Shown: positions 59,308-64,000 of the stretch, in pieces | Layout of the letters: every line of letters begins with the position of its first letter | How positions within the stretch are numbered: position 1 is the stretch's first letter | DNA from: the human T2T-CHM13v2.0 reference genome, Homo sapiens | Length of the DNA stretch: 64,000 bases | NCBI RefSeq assembly: GCF_009914755.1 | Contig: NC_060929.1 | Direction: 5' to 3' (one strand) | Notes under the pieces: generated by a model | Database searches by the model: none | What the model was told of the DNA's origin: nothing | The model's input: only the letters and a program-made list of their open reading frames with translations | Position numbers and translations under genes: made by a program

Positions 59308-60044
59308 ATTATGAACCAAGTAAATAGCATTTGCCCCAGATAAAAAATTCATATAATAGGAATACTATTTGCTTTCTTTAACATTCTTCAGAATTTAATT
59401 ATTTCATATTGATTGTGAGAGCTCTTTTGTTAACTAAGACAAAGATTAGAGAAAATGGATATTCCAAAGAGAAGTGAAATCATTTTAATTATGTATAATT
59501 AAAATATCTTAATATAACTATGTTTAATGTCTGTGTATTTCTCAGGTTAAAAGAAGCATACTCCGGTTTTAGGCATGGTCTGGAATAATGACTGTCAACA
59601 GATAAACTTTTATATTAAAAAAAATTGAGAAATACCTTTATCAATCATTGACATCCATAATATATTTCACAAGATAAATTAAGGCCTCTGGAGATTTGTG
59701 AATGTCCTCTGTCACTTTCTCTCACATATCACTATCCATCACTGTTAACACTCTGAACCCAGTGACTCCATTAGGGAAATATTTATGCCTACTACAAACC
59801 TTAGAAGAATTTTTTTGGATAATCCTGTTTCATGTTTTATGTTGATGATTCATACCAAATGGTTGTCAAGAAGACTATAAAATCATAGTTATAAATTCAC
59901 TGTTTAACATACAAACATCTTCCAGAAATTAAATCAATTCAATTGAATAAATTGTTCATCCTTACCTAAACTTTCCACTTAACGAAAGATAAAAATGCAA
60001 ATATTTGTAGAGATGGTAAGTGTGCTTTTGGGTTGGGTCTTGAT

Positions 60045-61176
60045 TATTTTCTTTTATTATTATTATACTTGAAGTTCTGGGATACATGTACAGAATGTGC
60101 AGGTTTGTTACATAGGTAGTATACATGTGCTATGGTGGTTTGCTGCACCCATCAAACCATCATCTACATTAGGTATTTCTCCTAATGCTATCCCTCCCCT
60201 TGCGCCACACCCCCTGATAGGCCCCAGTGTGTGATGGTCCTCTCCCTGTGTCCACATGTTCTCACTGTTCAACTCCCACTTATGAGTGAGAACATGTCGT
60301 GTTTGGTTTTCTGTTTCTGTGTAAGTTTGCTGAGAATGATGGTTTCCAGCTTCATCCATGTCCCTGCAAAGGACATGAATTCATCCTTTTTTATGGCTAT
60401 ATAGTATTTCATGGTGTATATATGACAAAGTGTCTTTATCCAGTCTATAAACACCCATTGGTGGGCATTTGGGTTGGTTCCAAGTCTTTGCTATTGTGAA
60501 TAGTGCTGCAATAAACATACGTGTGCATGTGTCTTTATAGTAGAATAATTTATAATCCTTTGCGTATATACCCAGTAATGCGATTGCTGGGTCAAATGGT
60601 ATTTCTGTTTCTAGATCTTTGAGGAATCACCACACTGTCTTCCACAATAGTTGAACTAATTTACACTTCCACCAACAGTGTAAAAGTGTTCCTGTTTATC
60701 CACATCCTCTCCAGCATCTGTTGTTTCCTGACTTTTTAATGATCACCATTCTAACTGGTGTGAGATGGTATCTCACTGTGGTTTTGATTTTCATTTCTCT
60801 AATGACCAGTGATGATGAGCTTGTTTTCACATGTTTGTGGGCTGCATAAATGTCTTATTTTGAAAAGTGTCTGTTCATATCTTTCACCCACTTTTTGATG
60901 GGATTGTTTGTTTTTTTTTTCTTGTAAGTTTTTTTAAGTTCCTTGTAGATTCTGGATATTAGCCCTTTGTCAGATGGATAGATTGCAAAAATTTTCTCCC
61001 ATTCCATAGGTTGCCTGTTCGCTCTGATGATAGTTTCTTTTGCTGTGCAGAAGCTCTTTAGTTTAATTAGATCCCATTTGTCAATTTTAACTTTTGATGC
61101 AATTGCTTTTGGTGTTTTAGTCATGAAGTCTTTGCCCACTCCTATGTCCTGAATGGTATTACCTAGGTTTTCTTCT
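60045..61176 (-). mobile_element. 5'-truncated L1PA (PA8-like), ~1.1 kb
   Basis: ORF2 remnant [12 protein letters not shown]...KDMNRHFSK plus 3'UTR; no TSD found. Confidence 0.95.
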
Positions 61177-61289
61177 CAATCTAGAATATGCTTGGTTTCC
61201 TTAAACCTTCCCTGTAACCACACAGCCCAATTCCAAATCCTATAAATAACCTCTCTAAACCTCCTCTTCTCAAGACTGTCCTGGTATAT

Positions 61290-61860
61290 TAAGGGAGATA
61301 AAACAAAATTTTTTGCTATTCATCATAAGGTTCATGGCTGAGAACCCTAAAACAAAAGACAGATAAAAAGAGAAAAATATACACATTGATTTAATACACA
61401 TTTTAGGTGAGGGCCTTCAGAAATGAAGATCCATGTATTTTTGCGGACAGTCATGCAGAAGAAGTATGACTGGAGGACGAAAGGATATGATGTAATGGCA
61501 ATAAACTGGGAAAAACTCATCAACGCCTATTTGTTCAGATTCTTTTCTGTGTCTCTGTGTGACATTTCTTCCCATCCTGTATAGGGCAGAACACCTGTAA
61601 TATGAGGTTCTTCAGGAAAGAAGAAAGGGAGATTGTCAGAGAGTGACCTTCCTACGTTTTATAGTCTGTTTCAGGGAGAAGGGGCAAAGGAAATTCCAGG
61701 TTTTTTTGTTTGTTTGTTTGCTTGCTCTCTTCAGGAGAGAGGGAACAGGAGAAGCTCAGAGAGACATTTCTGCTTCTGTGGTTTTCTCAGCTTCCTTCAG
61801 CTTAAAATACTTAAAATATTAAGGTGCTATATTTGGGTGGTATCTTGTTCTGAGTTCTGA
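61290..61860 (-). mobile_element. MER39/MER34-like ERV1 LTR nested in another truncated ERV1-like LTR (about 61180-61950)
   Basis: 'tcatggctgagaaccctaaaacaaaagacagat...ccttcagcttaaaata...aaggtgctatatttgggtggtatcttgttctga'. Confidence 0.7.
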
Positions 61861-62231
61861 CTTATTTTTACTGCTTTTGCTGCTGATACATAACTAGGCC
61901 TAACTTTAAATACAGTAGTGTTCTTGGCGATCTTTGGCTGTTGGACTTCTATATTTCTTAGGGCCTTTAAATGTTTTCTTTAAAAAATTATATTTTATTT
62001 ATTATTTTAAAAATATGAAACAAATGATATATCACTACAGACACAAAACCATTGCTCTTCATTGTGGTAAATATGAATGTCAAGAATCAACTTTGGCCAC
62101 CAATTGGTAATTTTCTCAGGTCTAATAATGTAAGCTCATTTTCCATGTCTGTTCAGATCTGTAATGATTGCAAGTCCTCAAGTTTGTTTCACTCCTCTCT
62201 CCAATATCACCCTCTTCTGGAATCAATGCAT

Positions 62232-62420
62232 TTCTTTACTGTTTACTCAGTACGTGTGTTCTTTACTGTTTACTCAGTACGCGCGTGTGTGTGTGTGTGT
62301 ATACACACATCTATATATATATATCCATTATATGGATATAGATGTGTATGTGTGTGTGTATATATATATATACACATACATATATATACACATATATATA
62401 TATATACATATATATATAGA
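62232..62420. repeat. 27-bp tandem duplication followed by a compound (GT)n/(TA)n/(CA) microsatellite
   Basis: ttctttactgtttactcagtacg at 62232 and 62259, then dinucleotide arrays. Confidence 0.9.
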
Positions 62421-64000
62421 GAGTCCTCTGAGTTCAAGGACGTGCATATTGAGGTGAGCAGTGGAGGTCATTTCAACTTTAGGGAGCACAGAAAATTATT
62501 TACAAAAGAATGTTGTTCATGTGTAATCTTTGTTGAAAGGCAAAATACATTATTTTTATTTTACTTAATATGTAAACATCTTTTATATAAAGTTATGGAA
62601 ACATTTCACTTTTCTGTAAATAAACTTATCTAAAGAATGGTGGTAAATGGTGAAAAATACCATGCAACTTGAATGTATTCCATGAAATATACTCAGCAAT
62701 ACAATTTTGGAATATGTTCCCCACATTGCTAGCTATGCTTGTGATTTCTTCTCTCACTTCAATGTCTTTTCTCCATCCCCCCTTCAGTCTGATGGCTAAT
62801 TAGCTGCACTCTCTTTGGCTCATGTGCTATCTCCTCCAGTAATCTATCCCTGACCTCTTCAGACCGAATTAGTCTGCTGTTTCCTGCGATTCCACCATAC
62901 TCAGTACAAATCTATCATCCCTTGTAATTGCATTATTTTTTTTCCTGAGTCTGATTTTCCCATGGTTAACGGTTTCTTGAGAGAAATCTTATCTTATTCA
63001 TTTTTGTATCTGCAACACCTCAGTGATTGCAAAATAATCTCCCAGGAAAGGTGTAAAAAAATAAATGAGTGGTATAAACTCTTCCTATTTAAGAAGTAAA
63101 ATTTAGTAGAGACAACCAGGTGCTTCTTAATTAAAATACATCATTTTGGAAACCTAACAAATACTCCCATATTTGCTATTATGACTGATTAAGTGTTCCC
63201 TACAGCGTATACTGATATTCTTTGTATTGAAAGTGATTCTCTTTCACTATTGAAAAAATATCAATTAGATACTAATTAGTCTTGCTCTCTGGTTGTGGAG
63301 GGCTTGAGGTAAATAGGTGTGGAAGAGAATGGGAGCAATAATTAAGTAAACATTTAGGCAGTTCAAACCTTGTGCTCCTTGCAGATAAAAATGCAAATCA
63401 GGTTTGCAATATAACCTCCATACAGACAACCAGGGCAGATGCTAATGAATCTAGCATGTTTGTCATGAGTAGTTCAGTTTTAAAACGATTGATTTCTTTA
63501 CAAAGAGAAGCAGTGAAACATAAACTAAAGTTGCCATGCTGTACCCAATCTGAAAAATTAAACGCTGTTAATGGCCCTTTGTAATACACTGTGAGAATAA
63601 TGATTATGAAAAAGCTCAGCAGTTTTGATGAATCACTCTCGTCTGGCAAGAGGTCCTGACTTATTTGACAGAAGATGCCTTGCATAGATCATTATAGAGA
63701 AGGGAGAGATAGCAGCTATTGTGTTACATAATAGTGTAATAATATAACATTTACAGGGTTTTAAAGTGCAAGTGAGAAATAATAAAAGTGAAGAATTTCA
63801 CAGTTAAGGAGAAAACATACCAGTCTGCCCTTTAGCACAAAGTCACAACCCACAATTAAGGGACTCATGATTCAGGGTAAATAGTGTGGCTGCTTGTTCA
63901 AAGAAACAGTCTGCACCAATTATTCAAGTCTTATAATATTTCTTTTCTTTCTTTTACAGTTAGAAATATGCAAACAGTCTTTATAATGCCAGGATAACAA

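Noticed and set aside
62052-62633. 193-aa ORF
   Set aside because: Held open by stop-free TG/TA microsatellites (CVCV, YIYI runs); no recognisable protein.
63398-63685. 95-aa minus-strand ORF in non-repeat DNA
   Set aside because: No recognisable domain or exon structure; the length is compatible with chance.

Overview
AT-rich primate (human-like) genomic DNA that looks intronic or intergenic. No host protein-coding gene, RNA gene or CpG island is supported. The longer ORFs are LINE-1 or Alu remnants or chance frames. The window is a layered record of transposons: old L1M/HAL1/L2/MIR, MaLR and ERV LTRs, L1PA copies, about a dozen Alus, and MER58A, MER85 and MADE1 DNA elements. Subfamily names come from my recall of consensus sequences, not from a RepeatMasker run. 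I found no new biological system. The notable items are structural: a perfect 51-bp inverted repeat at the 5' junction of a short L1PA (11389-11506); an L1PA with both a 5' inversion and a ~210-bp 3' transduction inside one TSD (33700-38423); a second inverted L1 breaking at the same ORF2 motif; a second short 3' transduction; a micro-inversion inside an MLT2A LTR; an ORF1 segment copied into ORF2; and a microsatellite-embedded motif shared by two sites 3 kb apart.
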